This document shows positions 1 through 9,717 of a stretch of DNA of 64,000 nucleotides, one piece after another (the stretch's first letter is position 1; every line of letters begins with the position of its first letter). Made by a program: the position numbers and the translations under genes. Source of the stretch: a bacterium. GTDB taxonomy: Bacteria > Patescibacteriota > Microgenomatia > Levybacterales > UBA12049. The stretch covers positions 5,856-69,855 of the forward strand of contig JAJYWL010000001.1 of NCBI GenBank assembly GCA_021791545.1, written 5' to 3'. Below the pieces are notes generated by a model, which was not told the origin of the DNA, did not search any database, and saw only the letters and a list, made by a program, of their open reading frames with translations.

Positions 1-221
1 ATGCCTCCGGGTACACCCCACTGTTTAACGTCATTTATAATTTCCTGTCCTTCATTTTGAATATTTGTTATTTGATCTTGGATAGAGACAGTTGGCGCTT
101 TTGTGGGTTGTGGAGTTGCCTCTACTTTTTGAGCAGCGCATCCTCCTATTCCTAGAGCAGCTGCTCCCAGGGCTCCTGCGATAGCAGCTCTTCTAAGTGG
201 GTTTTCGATTCTTTCAGCCAT
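1..221 (-). CDS. partial CDS (5' part; runs off window start), putative secreted/lipoprotein
   Basis: Reverse strand ATG at 219-221; stop-free to position 1. N-terminus MAERIENPLRRAAIAGALGAAALGIGGCAAQ looks like a signal peptide with a lipobox-like Cys. Absent from the ORF track because it is truncated. Confidence 0.3.
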   Translation of the reverse strand, partial: MAERIENPLRRAAIAGALGAAALGIGGCAAQKVEATPQPTKAPTVSIQDQITNIQNEGQEIINDVKQWGVPGG

Positions 222-332
222 CCGATAATTTTATAAATTTGAAAATAAATAATCAATTACTAAAATGTTCTCTTTCTAATATTGCTTCAATTTCTTGAGA
301 TTTTGATGATCAGGTGGTATAAGTTTTAGATT

Positions 333-914
333 ATGGGAGAAAGAGAGAGACGTCCTAGACACAATGGGTTACCAGAGCTTCCTAATGGAATGACTGTAGA
401 TGATCTGAGGTTTGTAAATCCCCATATTTATCCTATTGATATGGCCTCAAAAGGATGGCAGGTTCTTTTGGAGAGAGACGTAGACGGAAATCCCGCAAAA
501 GTAGCCTATTCATTAGAAAGGGGTGTTCCCGAGGATATAGATGTAGAAGCATTGCAAAGGAAAATTGGAATATTAGATGAAGACGGTTTCTACCTACCCG
601 GGTATTACTTGGGTGTTGCACATTCTAAAGACGCGGAAAAATTTTTAGCAAGAAAAGTAGGTCTTCCTTCAATGGATGTTACAGACAGTGAGGGAAACTC
701 TCAAATGTGGAATTTTCCGGAAACATCATTTCTTCTTTTTAACTTTAGAGGCTTCCCTACGACAAAGACAATGGACGTTTTATTGAAATTAGAAGAAGAA
801 TTTTTGGCTGATGGACCAAAGCCCCCAAGAGGTTTTAGACTTGTTGCTGAAGTAGAAATAGGACCTAGGGGAACAATTTTTGAAAGAATAAAAAGAAAAA
901 TTACCGGAAGATAA
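333..914 (+). CDS. hypothetical protein (193 aa)
   Basis: Long ORF in the track; no motif I recognise. Confidence 0.4.
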   Translation: MGERERRPRHNGLPELPNGMTVDDLRFVNPHIYPIDMASKGWQVLLERDVDGNPAKVAYSLERGVPEDIDVEALQRKIGILDEDGFYLPGYYLGVAHSKDAEKFLARKVGLPSMDVTDSEGNSQMWNFPETSFLLFNFRGFPTTKTMDVLLKLEEEFLADGPKPPRGFRLVAEVEIGPRGTIFERIKRKITGR

Positions 915-1298
915 TCAGTTGGAGATGTTTTTATTTCTTGGGGCTTCAATAGCTATCTCCCCGATTACTTTGGCTTCTCTGTTTGCTCTTTCGCTTATTT
1001 TAAGCCATGCGCCAGAAATTAGGAATGCGCCTGCTCCTATTGCAACTTCTCTTAGATCTCCTCTTTCTGCCCCTTCTATTATTAGTCTAAGTGCCCCTAC
1101 TCCAGATCCGGCAGCAAGTAAACCGGAAACAGCAGTCTTTCCTTTCTCTATAGCTTTACTTCCCAATAGAGTTTCATAATTCCACCATTCTTCCTGATGG
1201 TATTTTTGAAGCCACTCGTAACGGTCATTTCTGATTTCCATTCTTCTTGCTTCTTTAAAATGATCTTTTGTTCTTCTAAATGCTTCTTTTGGGTTCAT
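915..1298 (-). CDS. hypothetical protein with C-terminal glycine-zipper-like hydrophobic segment
   Basis: ORF of 127 aa; segment GLLAAGSGVGALRLIIEGA...AIGAGAFLISGAWL suggests a membrane/amphipathic region. Confidence 0.35.
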   Translation of the reverse strand: MNPKEAFRRTKDHFKEARRMEIRNDRYEWLQKYHQEEWWNYETLLGSKAIEKGKTAVSGLLAAGSGVGALRLIIEGAERGDLREVAIGAGAFLISGAWLKISERANREAKVIGEIAIEAPRNKNISN

Positions 1299-1557
1299 AG
1301 AGGTGAGATTATATCACGCTTGAGCTTATTTCTTTACTAATTCAAGTACTGCCTTGCAGGTGTCTGTAAGATTACTAAGAATGGGAACATCAGGACAATC
1401 TTGTCCAAATCTTCTTCTTATATATCTTTCTCCCGAAAATCCTCTTTCAATTCCAATTGCCATTTTGACTCTGTCTCTTTCATGTCTTACTTTCCATTCT
1501 CCAAGTTCAATTCTACTTGTCTGTGCATATGCTCTTCCCGGAATTTTATTAGATTCT

Positions 1558-2292
1558 TTATTCCGGTTTTGTGCATTCACCTGTTGTTATGAATTCGTTT
1601 ACTTTTAAAGAAAAAAGTCTCATTTTTGTCATGTAATCTTCGGGAAGAATAGTAGATATGCTTGGTTCACTTGTTAAGATGGACGTGCTTTCATCAAGCA
1701 TATCTGAAGCTGTTAATAGTGGTTTTAGTTGTTCGATAGGAAGTTTTTTGTCGACATTCTCATTAATTGCATTTTTTGCCAAAGCAAGAAGGTCCAGGGG
1801 TGCATTGTTAAGTTCCGTAGTTCCGGAAAATACTCTTCTAGACATGTTTATAGATAGCGGAAGAGTGTTTATGATTAAGGTTTCTGCTCCGTTTTCAAGA
1901 AGTATTGCTCTTCTTATTCTTATGTCTCTTTCTTCATCTTCACCATTAAGCAAGCCATCTCTTATTTGGGGCGCTCTTAATGGATCCTGAGATTTATACC
2001 ATGTTAAAACTTCTTCATTGGTAGCAGTTCCGTGGATTATTCTATCTTCAAGTAAAGCTGTTCTTGCTCTTGCAGCATCTATTTTATCTATATCATCCAA
2101 TTCACGGACATCAGCTTGGGATAACTCGCCGAGAACTTCTCCACTAAGAAGATTTACTTCTTTCTCTGTAGCACCCATTGCCCTTAATGCAGATTCTTCA
2201 ATAGGATCAGAGGGGAGCCATAAGGGTTCCCCGTTTATTCCTATAGGTCTTTCTTGAGTCATGGAATAATTATAAGTTAAATACCACTGCAT
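1558..2292 (-). CDS. hypothetical protein (244 aa; true start may be the internal MTQERPIG)
   Basis: Long ORF; acidic, soluble-looking; no recognised motif. Confidence 0.4.
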   Translation of the reverse strand: MQWYLTYNYSMTQERPIGINGEPLWLPSDPIEESALRAMGATEKEVNLLSGEVLGELSQADVRELDDIDKIDAARARTALLEDRIIHGTATNEEVLTWYKSQDPLRAPQIRDGLLNGEDEERDIRIRRAILLENGAETLIINTLPLSINMSRRVFSGTTELNNAPLDLLALAKNAINENVDKKLPIEQLKPLLTASDMLDESTSILTSEPSISTILPEDYMTKMRLFSLKVNEFITTGECTKPE

Positions 2293-2366
2293 GTCAAACT
2301 ATAGGTTATAAAATATATATCCTATATTCTCATCAAATTTTTACATTTTAGCTTTAGAATTTTTCA

Positions 2367-2918
2367 ATGGAACAAGAACATAGTACAGGAAGTTTGTTTC
2401 CAATAAGTGAAGATACTGTTAATAGAGTCGTCTCTCAACTAGAAGAAAATTCCGGGAGGGTAATGCAAGAAGAAGCAGAGGTTATAGCCAAGAGAGAAGA
2501 AGAACTTTTTATGGTTATGCAAAACGGAATGAAAGGTCTGCCTGCAATGTATGGTTCTGCTTTTCTTGAAGGATCACTTGTCATGCATAGGATGATAAGG
2601 ATGCAAGTTTTACAATCAAGAACAGAAATTCCCCGTTTAAGTACAGGAGAAAGAAGAGACTTTATTATTTCCCTTAACGACAAAGCTCAGGGAGACGAAA
2701 CTCCATCCGTAGAAGCATATATTGAAAAAGAAATGGAAAGATTAAGAGAGTTAGAACCAAGATTATGGGAAGTGCTTCATAGTTTAGGTGATGAATGGAG
2801 CGAATTAAGGACATATTTTGATGAAGGAGCAGTTACTGTATATAGGTATATTCAAGCTGCGGAAAACAAACCGGTTAAGGGATTTATGGGTATTTTCTTT
2901 CCTTCGAGGCAATCTTGA
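2367..2918 (+). CDS. hypothetical protein (183 aa)
   Basis: Long ORF, no recognised motif. Confidence 0.4.
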   Translation: MEQEHSTGSLFPISEDTVNRVVSQLEENSGRVMQEEAEVIAKREEELFMVMQNGMKGLPAMYGSAFLEGSLVMHRMIRMQVLQSRTEIPRLSTGERRDFIISLNDKAQGDETPSVEAYIEKEMERLRELEPRLWEVLHSLGDEWSELRTYFDEGAVTVYRYIQAAENKPVKGFMGIFFPSRQS

Positions 2919-3241
2919 TTATTTTCGTGGATTTGAGGGTGTCATTTCTCCCGTGGTAAGAAGGTTGAATATGACAGAATAAAAACCCCAGGGATATTGT
3001 TCAAACAGATCGTGAACTACATGTTTTTCGATCTTTGGTTTTGGCTGAGGTTCTCTTGTTCTTATTTCGGACGGTATTCTGGGAATTTCGTTCATGGGGG
3101 GAATTATATTTACTGCCCTAAAACCTTGAGCCAGTCTCATTAGCTCTTCGGTTCCGCTTCTTCTCTCATAAAAAAAATTATATCACCATGTTGGATCTTT
3201 TCAACAAGTATTTGAAAGCTGTGCTATAATCGCGTTAGTTT

Positions 3242-3712
3242 ATGTCAAGAGGAGTTGAGGGCAGAGAATCCACATTAAGACTCAACGCGGCCTTCATGGA
3301 AATGGGAAGAGTGAAAGCCGAGATAGGCGCTGCTAAAACAGACTACGAAAAAGCAGAAGCACTTCGTAAGGGATTAAAAACAGGAGCAAAAATTTTAAGA
3401 GATCTTGATGGTTTTAGAGATGTACCTACACATTCAAGAGTGGTGCAGCTAAGAGATGGGAAAACTCCTCTTTTTCCTGTTTACCCGCTGGATCCAGACG
3501 CTCCTCAAAGTTTAGGCCGTTACGATCTTTCTCCGACAGGCTGGTTAGTTCATACAGATTATGTAGATGGAGTTATTGATTGGGATCATAAAAGATGGGT
3601 TTTTGGAGATAAGGAAATAGAATTAATTGCACCAACAGCCATTAGTCTTATTGGTGAATTTCTTTTGAAAAAAGAAGGTGTAGTAAAGGGGATTCCTCCC
3701 AGAGCCGCTTAA
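3242..3712 (+). CDS. hypothetical protein (156 aa)
   Basis: Long ORF, no recognised motif. Confidence 0.4.
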   Translation: MSRGVEGRESTLRLNAAFMEMGRVKAEIGAAKTDYEKAEALRKGLKTGAKILRDLDGFRDVPTHSRVVQLRDGKTPLFPVYPLDPDAPQSLGRYDLSPTGWLVHTDYVDGVIDWDHKRWVFGDKEIELIAPTAISLIGEFLLKKEGVVKGIPPRAA

Positions 3713-3956
3713 GCATTCTTTCCAGCTAATAGAGGTTCGAATACTACTATTTCAGCAGCTCTTTTTCTGTTCCATGGTCTCCTTTTTTAAATATCCGCTA
3801 AAAGTCTTTTATTTAGTTCACTAGGATCTTGACGAGTTCTGTAATGAGGTAGATCTTGACCGAGTCCTCTTAATAGTTCGCTTTCTACTCCGTTTATCAT
3901 AAGGAGATAGGATTTAATAACAAAATGCTTGAGCTGTCAACCCGTTAAAATTACTA

Positions 3957-4232
3957 TCAACCCTCTTTTGGAGGTTCTTTGGGTAAGAGAGGATTTGTAA
4001 ATTCTACCAGTTCATCTTTAAATTGTAGTGCGAGTGTGTTTCCCCAGTAAACACAAAGTTTTGTAAGGTCGGCAAGAGTGAACATTTCTGTTTTCTGCTC
4101 TTCTGTCAAAATTGGATTAGTAAGCACTCTTTCTACTCTTCTGTCTATTAAACCAAAGAGTACTCTCTCTTGGGGTGTTAATCTTCTTCCTTCCTCTTTC
4201 TTTTTGGGTTCTCCCTCTCCTTTTGGTTCCAT
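3957..4232 (-). CDS. hypothetical small protein, likely co-transcribed with holB-like gene (2-nt spacing)
   Basis: ORF of 91 aa immediately downstream of 4235..4891 on the same strand. Confidence 0.4.
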   Translation of the reverse strand: MEPKGEGEPKKKEEGRRLTPQERVLFGLIDRRVERVLTNPILTEEQKTEMFTLADLTKLCVYWGNTLALQFKDELVEFTNPLLPKEPPKEG

Positions 4233-4234
4233 AG

Positions 4235-4891
4235 TTAAATTATACTTAAAAACAAGTTTTCCAGGGCAAGTCTTAAATTAACATTGGTATTTTTTATTGA
4301 GTTGTAATATTCCTGCATAATCTCGAGATCTTTTTTTATATCTCTCGTTTTTTTATCATTCTCAACATCGTTAAGTAACATTTCGTTTAGTCCGTAAATT
4401 GAAGTTTCCAAAAATTTCAAGGCACTCCCCTTCTCTTTTGATAAATCCTGAGCTAATTTTAATCTGTCGCCTATGGGAGAAGATTTAAGTGCGATAATTT
4501 TTTCAGCACTTTTTGTATTCTCGTCATTATCGGTTTCATTTTTTTCATTGATTACGATACATCTTGAAATTATTGTAGGAAGAATATCATCGAGTACCGA
4601 AGTCCCGATCATTATTATTGTGTTCTCCGGCGGTTCTTCGAGGATTTTTAAAAGTGCATTTTGAGCTTCTATAGTCAATCCTTCAAAAGAAAAAAGGACA
4701 ACTGCTTTTTCTTCACTTTTAAAAGGTTTTAGGTAAATACTCTTTTGAATTAATCTGACATCCGGAATACCCATTTGCTTTTCAAATTCAAGTATTTGGG
4801 TGTCGAATTTATCTACTTTTCTTGTCGTTACTATGTTAAGGATTTTTTCCTTAACTTTATCTTTATTTCCTACTACCAAAAAGCTTTGCAT
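4235..4891 (-). CDS. holB: DNA polymerase III delta' subunit-like (short form)
   Basis: Motif TIEAQNALLKILEEPPENTIIMI...ISRC matches the delta'/clamp-loader 'ALLKTLEEPP' and SRC sensor motifs; 218 aa is truncated relative to canonical HolB. Confidence 0.6.
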   Translation of the reverse strand: MQSFLVVGNKDKVKEKILNIVTTRKVDKFDTQILEFEKQMGIPDVRLIQKSIYLKPFKSEEKAVVLFSFEGLTIEAQNALLKILEEPPENTIIMIGTSVLDDILPTIISRCIVINEKNETDNDENTKSAEKIIALKSSPIGDRLKLAQDLSKEKGSALKFLETSIYGLNEMLLNDVENDKKTRDIKKDLEIMQEYYNSIKNTNVNLRLALENLFLSII

Positions 4892-4932
4892 GGCATTGAC
4901 TTTATATCATATTTTCTCCTACTATTATAGTA

Positions 4933-6660
4933 ATGCCCGGTGATTTATCATCATTAACACCCAATCAGACAATAGCGGATATTCTTCTAGCAGATAACCT
5001 TCTTACGAAAGAAGACTATGATCAGGTCAAAGTAACAAGCGCGAGTAAGGGCGTATCCGAAGAAATCGTAATTGAATCCATGAACAAGGTTCCTCCCGCA
5101 AAGTTAGCAGAGGCTAAGGCTAAGATGCTAAACATCCCTTTCATAGATTTGAGCGGTACTTCTTTTTCTCCCCAGGCTTTGGCGTTTATCTCAAGGCCTG
5201 TTGCCGAAAGATTTTCTGTTATTCCTTTTGCTTATGACGAAACCGAAAAAACACTTTCGGTTGCGATGAGTAACCCCGTCGATTTGGAAGCCTCCACTTT
5301 TATAAAGGAAAAGACAAATCTTAATATAAAAACATTTGCAGCAGATCCGGATGCAGTAAAACTTGCAATAAACCAGCAATATAGACAGGAAATCGTAGGA
5401 GAAGTAGGAGAAGCTTTAAAGGAAACCGAAGAATTTGAGAAAACAAAAACCGTTGATAGTAAACAGATTGCCGAAATAATTAAAGAAGCTCCTATTGCAA
5501 AGATAGTTTCAACAATTCTGGAATATGCTGTTACGAGCCGTTCTTCAGACGTACATATTGAACCTCAGGAAGATAGAGTAAGAGTAAGGTACAGAATTGA
5601 CGGTATTCTATATGACAGATTAAGTCTTCCCAAAAGCGTACAGGAAGCTGTTATTTCAAGGATAAAGATTTTGTCCGAGATGAAGATTGATGAACATAGA
5701 ATCCCCCAAGACGGACGTTTTAATTTTAAGGTCGGAGAGAAAGAGGTAGATCTTAGAATTTCAGATCTTCCTACGGTATTTGGAGAAAAAATCGTTATGA
5801 GGTTGCTCAGAAAATCTGGAGGAGTTCCTTCCTTGCAGGAACTCGGACTTACGGGCTCAAGCCTTAAGAATTTGGAAACTGCAATGTTAAGGCCTCACGG
5901 AATCATCATTGTTGTAGGACCTACCGGTTCAGGAAAAACAACAACTCTTTATTCTGTTTTGAACAAGCTTAACACGACAAGAGTAAATATCATGACTCTG
6001 GAGGATCCTGTCGAGTACCAGATGGCAGGCATAAATCAGGTGCAGATAAACCCTGCAGTAGGACTTACTTTTGCGACAGGACTTAGATCCTTCCTTAGAC
6101 AAGATCCTAACATTATCTTGGTCGGAGAAATTCGTGATGGTGAAACAACAGAGCTTGCAATACAGGCTGCTTTAACAGGACATTTGGTCTTCTCTACTTT
6201 GCATACTTCAAATGCTGCGGGTGCTCTTCCTCGTCTTAAAGACTTGGGTGCAGAGTCATTCCTTTTGGCTTCTACAATGAATGCCATATTGGGACAAAGG
6301 ATCGTAAGGACAATTTGTCATACCTGTAAAATTGAATATGCTCCCCCACAGCAGATCTTGGATGAAATGCAAAAAGTTTTAGGAAACCTGTATCCCAGCG
6401 ACAAAAAAGATGTTAAGCTATATAAAGGTAAAGGTTGTGATGAATGCGGTGGTTCTGGATATATAGGAAGAATTGGTATTTTTGAAACACTTTCGGTAAC
6501 GGATAAAATCGCAAACCTTGTATTACAGAATTCCGATAGTGGTACAATAGAAAAAGAAGCCATTGCAAACGGAATGATAACGATGAAACAGGATGGTTAT
6601 CTTAAAGTTTTAGCAGGGATAACCACTGTTGAGGAGGTACTCAGAGTCGCGCAGGAATAA
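4933..6660 (+). CDS. pilB: type IV pilus assembly ATPase PilB (GspE family)
   Basis: Walker A GPTGSGKTTTLYS, Asp/His boxes, C-terminal tetracysteine CxxC...CxxC (CHTC...CDEC) and an N-terminal T2SE_N-like domain. Confidence 0.9.
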   Translation: MPGDLSSLTPNQTIADILLADNLLTKEDYDQVKVTSASKGVSEEIVIESMNKVPPAKLAEAKAKMLNIPFIDLSGTSFSPQALAFISRPVAERFSVIPFAYDETEKTLSVAMSNPVDLEASTFIKEKTNLNIKTFAADPDAVKLAINQQYRQEIVGEVGEALKETEEFEKTKTVDSKQIAEIIKEAPIAKIVSTILEYAVTSRSSDVHIEPQEDRVRVRYRIDGILYDRLSLPKSVQEAVISRIKILSEMKIDEHRIPQDGRFNFKVGEKEVDLRISDLPTVFGEKIVMRLLRKSGGVPSLQELGLTGSSLKNLETAMLRPHGIIIVVGPTGSGKTTTLYSVLNKLNTTRVNIMTLEDPVEYQMAGINQVQINPAVGLTFATGLRSFLRQDPNIILVGEIRDGETTELAIQAALTGHLVFSTLHTSNAAGALPRLKDLGAESFLLASTMNAILGQRIVRTICHTCKIEYAPPQQILDEMQKVLGNLYPSDKKDVKLYKGKGCDECGGSGYIGRIGIFETLSVTDKIANLVLQNSDSGTIEKEAIANGMITMKQDGYLKVLAGITTVEEVLRVAQE

Positions 6661-6662
6661 GT

Positions 6663-7730
6663 ATGGATATTCATGAGCTTTTAGACCTGACAATTAAAAA
6701 TAACGCCTCTGACCTTCATCTGCTGCCCGGCATTCCACCGGCCATCAGAATTGATGGGTCATTGAGGTATCTTTCTACTTATCAAGCATTAACTCCCCAG
6801 AATCTCGAGGAGATGATATTTTCGATTCTTTCTCCTCAGCAAAAAGAGCTCCTTATTAATAATAAAGAAATAGACTTTTCATTCGGATTCGGAGGAGGAG
6901 CTTACGGAGATTTGGGAAGGTTTAGGACTAATCTTTATTATCAAAGAGGAGTCCTCTCGGGAGCATTCAGGTTTTTACAGCCTAACATCAGAACCATAGA
7001 AGAATTAAGAATGCCAAAGATTTGCCATTCCTTCTCTACTCTAAAACAAGGGTTCATTCTTGTTACCGGACCTACCGGACACGGAAAATCGACGACCATT
7101 GCTTCAATCATTAATGAAATAAACTTGAGTAAACCAGTTCATATCTTAACGATAGAAGATCCTATCGAATACATTTATCCAATGGGAAAAAGTATTATTT
7201 CTCAAAGAGAAATGGATTTAGATACCCATTCATGGAATCTTGCGTTAAGGTCAGCTTTAAGGGAAGATCCTGATGTAGTACTCGTAGGAGAAATGAGGGA
7301 TCCGGAAACTATTGCTGCAGCTATAACAATCGCAGAAACAGGACATTTGGTCTTTTCTACTTTGCATACTAACTCTGCTGCTCAGACAATCGATAGAATT
7401 ATCGATGCTTTTCCGGCAAGTCAGCAGGACCAGATAAAGATTCAGCTTGCGTCTTCATTAAAAGGAATTATTTCGCAAAGACTTATTCCTGAAATTAACG
7501 GAGGAAGAGTCCCTGCGGTAGAAGTTCTAGTCGGTACAACCGCCATTGCGAGTAACATAAGAGAAGGAAAGACTCATCTTATAGACTCTGTTATTCAGAC
7601 ATCTCAGGATGTCGGAATGATTCCCCTTGAACAATCCCTTGCTTCTCTTGTTCTTTCGGGAGCTATAAGTTTAGAAACTGCGAAAAGTTACGCCCTAAGA
7701 CAGGAGGAGCTCCTTAGATTAGTAGGATAA
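6663..7730 (+). CDS. pilT: twitching motility / pilus retraction ATPase PilT
   Basis: Walker A GPTGHGKSTT and AIRIDGSL...; about 355 aa, typical PilT size. Confidence 0.9.
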   Translation: MDIHELLDLTIKNNASDLHLLPGIPPAIRIDGSLRYLSTYQALTPQNLEEMIFSILSPQQKELLINNKEIDFSFGFGGGAYGDLGRFRTNLYYQRGVLSGAFRFLQPNIRTIEELRMPKICHSFSTLKQGFILVTGPTGHGKSTTIASIINEINLSKPVHILTIEDPIEYIYPMGKSIISQREMDLDTHSWNLALRSALREDPDVVLVGEMRDPETIAAAITIAETGHLVFSTLHTNSAAQTIDRIIDAFPASQQDQIKIQLASSLKGIISQRLIPEINGGRVPAVEVLVGTTAIASNIREGKTHLIDSVIQTSQDVGMIPLEQSLASLVLSGAISLETAKSYALRQEELLRLVG

Positions 7731-7731
7731 T

Positions 7732-8934
7732 ATGAGACTTACTTATAAAGCAGTTGATAGACAAGGAAAAGTATCAAGAGGCGTAGTAGACGCAAACGAT
7801 ATAACCGAGGCCGCTAATTATCTCCGCGATAAAAATCTTATACCTGTACAAATTACCAGAGAGCAAAAAAATATTCTTGATGAACTCCCCTTTTTTAATA
7901 AGGCAAGTACAAATGATCTTATCCTTTTTACAAGACAGCTTTCCTCAATGCTTGCTTCGGGACTTACTTTGATGAGAGCTTTGGAGATATTAAAAGATCA
8001 GCTCGAGAATCAAAGAATGATAGATGTAGTTAACGGAGTAATAAATGACGTAGAAGAGGGAAAGAATTTATCTACTGCTATAGCAAAATATCCTAACATT
8101 TTTTCCCCCATTTATGTCTCCATTATAAAGGCAGGAGAAAGTGCCGGACTTTTGGATAAAGTACTTTCAAGACTTGCGGACAACCTTGAAAAAGAAGCAA
8201 AACTTAAAAGCACGGTAAAATCTGCCCTTATGTACCCAATAATAGTAGTAGTCTTAATGGTTGTTGTTATAGGAATCATGATGATTTTTGTTATTCCCCA
8301 GCTTACTCTTTTGTATCAAAATTTGGGGGTCTCACTTCCGCTTCCTACACAGATAATTATCGCTTTATCTAATTTCACTACGACTTTCTGGCCGTTTGTA
8401 ATAGGAGGAGTATTCGGAGCTATGTTTGCATATAAGAAGTGGTCTAATACAAATGACGGAAGACTTATTGTAGATAGTATAAAACTTAAGATTCCGGTAT
8501 TTGGAAAGCTAATAAAAGAAACAATCCTTGCCGAGTTTTCAAGAACTTTCGGTCTTTTGATAGGAACAGGAAGCTTGGTAGTAGATTCACTTATGGAAAC
8601 TGCGGATACAACGGGAAATGTTCATTATAAGACTGCAATTGTAAATATTGCTCACCAGGTAGAAAAAGGAGTGACAGTCGGAGATGCAATGTCTTACTAT
8701 CCTCTCTTTCCGCAGCTTCTTGTGCAGTTGGTAAAAATCGGAGAGCAAACAGGTAAAGTAGACGAATCATTGGAAAAAGCATCCGAATATTTTGAAAGAG
8801 AAGTAGATGAGATGGTAAAGGGATTAACAACCGCCATGGAACCTTTTATTATGGTTGTCTTAGGACTCGGTGTAGCATTCCTTATAATCTCCGTTATTAC
8901 ACCTATCTATAGTTTAATATCCAGTATTCAATAG
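7732..8934 (+). CDS. pilC: type IV pilus inner-membrane platform protein PilC (GspF family)
   Basis: 400 aa, two GspF repeats and three TM segments; follows pilB-pilT. Confidence 0.9.
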   Translation: MRLTYKAVDRQGKVSRGVVDANDITEAANYLRDKNLIPVQITREQKNILDELPFFNKASTNDLILFTRQLSSMLASGLTLMRALEILKDQLENQRMIDVVNGVINDVEEGKNLSTAIAKYPNIFSPIYVSIIKAGESAGLLDKVLSRLADNLEKEAKLKSTVKSALMYPIIVVVLMVVVIGIMMIFVIPQLTLLYQNLGVSLPLPTQIIIALSNFTTTFWPFVIGGVFGAMFAYKKWSNTNDGRLIVDSIKLKIPVFGKLIKETILAEFSRTFGLLIGTGSLVVDSLMETADTTGNVHYKTAIVNIAHQVEKGVTVGDAMSYYPLFPQLLVQLVKIGEQTGKVDESLEKASEYFEREVDEMVKGLTTAMEPFIMVVLGLGVAFLIISVITPIYSLISSIQ

Positions 8935-9016
8935 ACCGCCTTGGTTAAAAACGACTAGGTTTATAATCCCAAGCATAAATTCGTTATTTATCCTATTTTT
9001 AGCTTCAGATTGCTAC

Positions 9017-9046
9017 TTGACAAGGTATTTGGCGTATGGTTAATAT
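9017..9046 (+). promoter_or_regulatory. sigma70-like promoter of major pilin (TTGACA-18-TAATAT)
   Basis: TTGACA at 9017-9022 and TAATAT at 9041-9046. The ORF-track ATG at 9036 lies inside the promoter, so the real start must be downstream. Confidence 0.45.
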
Positions 9047-9057
9047 TGATATATACA

Positions 9058-9635
9058 TGAAAAAACTGCTCAAAAGGTTTAGGAAACTTTTAGGGATGAA
9101 TAAAGGATTTACCCTCATTGAACTTTTAGTCGTAATCGGAATACTCGGAGTTTTGGCAGCAGCATTAGTTGCAACAATCGATCCTTTTGAACAGCTCAAA
9201 AAAGCACAGGATTCAAACACAAAGAACACACTCGTAGAGTTTTTGAACGCTAATGTGAGGTACTATACAACACATAATACTTTCCCATGGACAGCAACAG
9301 GGGCAAACTGCAATGGTGGAGTTGCTCCCGACGGTACTAAATCGCTTACTGATGCTACATTAACAACCTGCGTAACAGCATTGGTATCGGATAACGAACT
9401 TAAACAGGCATTTTCATCTGCTACAGATATACTTAAATTGATATATGTAACATATGACGGAGTAAATAACGAAGTAGTAGGTTGTTTCCAACCCCAGTCT
9501 AAATCTCAGCAAAACGACGCAAACACTAAATTTAACAGTAATGGAGTTTTGGGCACGGGAACTAAAGCTTGCACATTTAATGCAGACGGAACTCCTTCCA
9601 ACTTAAATGGTGGATGCTTCTGGTGCACCAAGTAA
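9058..9635 (+). CDS. pilA: type IV (major) pilin, prepilin with leader MKKLLKRFRKLLGMNKG|FTLIELLVV
   Basis: Class III signal G|FTLIE with Glu+5 and a hydrophobic alpha1 helix; Cys pair near C-terminus (CFWC). Alternative start at 9096 (MNKG|FTL). Confidence 0.8.
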
Positions 9636-9646
9636 GTACTCGATTA

Positions 9647-9670
9647 AGAGCCGGAAGGCTCTTTTTTTTT
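9647..9670 (+). terminator. rho-independent terminator after major pilin
   Basis: AGAGCC-ggaa-GGCTCT hairpin followed by T9 directly after the pilA stop. Confidence 0.6.
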
Positions 9671-9717
9671 GACAAAATTCACTTTAACCATTTAGTAACC
9701 TCATGTATAATTAGATA

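Noticed and set aside
433-1179. Short antisense ORFs (433-621, 701-949, 919-1179) and similar 60-100-aa ORFs embedded in recG, PBP1A, pheT, copA and others
   Set aside because: Each is fully contained within, and antisense or out-of-frame to, a longer ORF with recognisable motifs or better coding character. These are Ser/Leu-rich shadow-frame translations.
9036-9057. ORF-track start ATG at 9036 for the major pilin (MVNIDIY...)
   Set aside because: This ATG lies inside the predicted TTGACA/TAATAT promoter (9017-9046). The leader MKKLLKRFRKLLGMNKG|FTL from 9058 (or MNKG|FTL from 9096) is a far more plausible prepilin.
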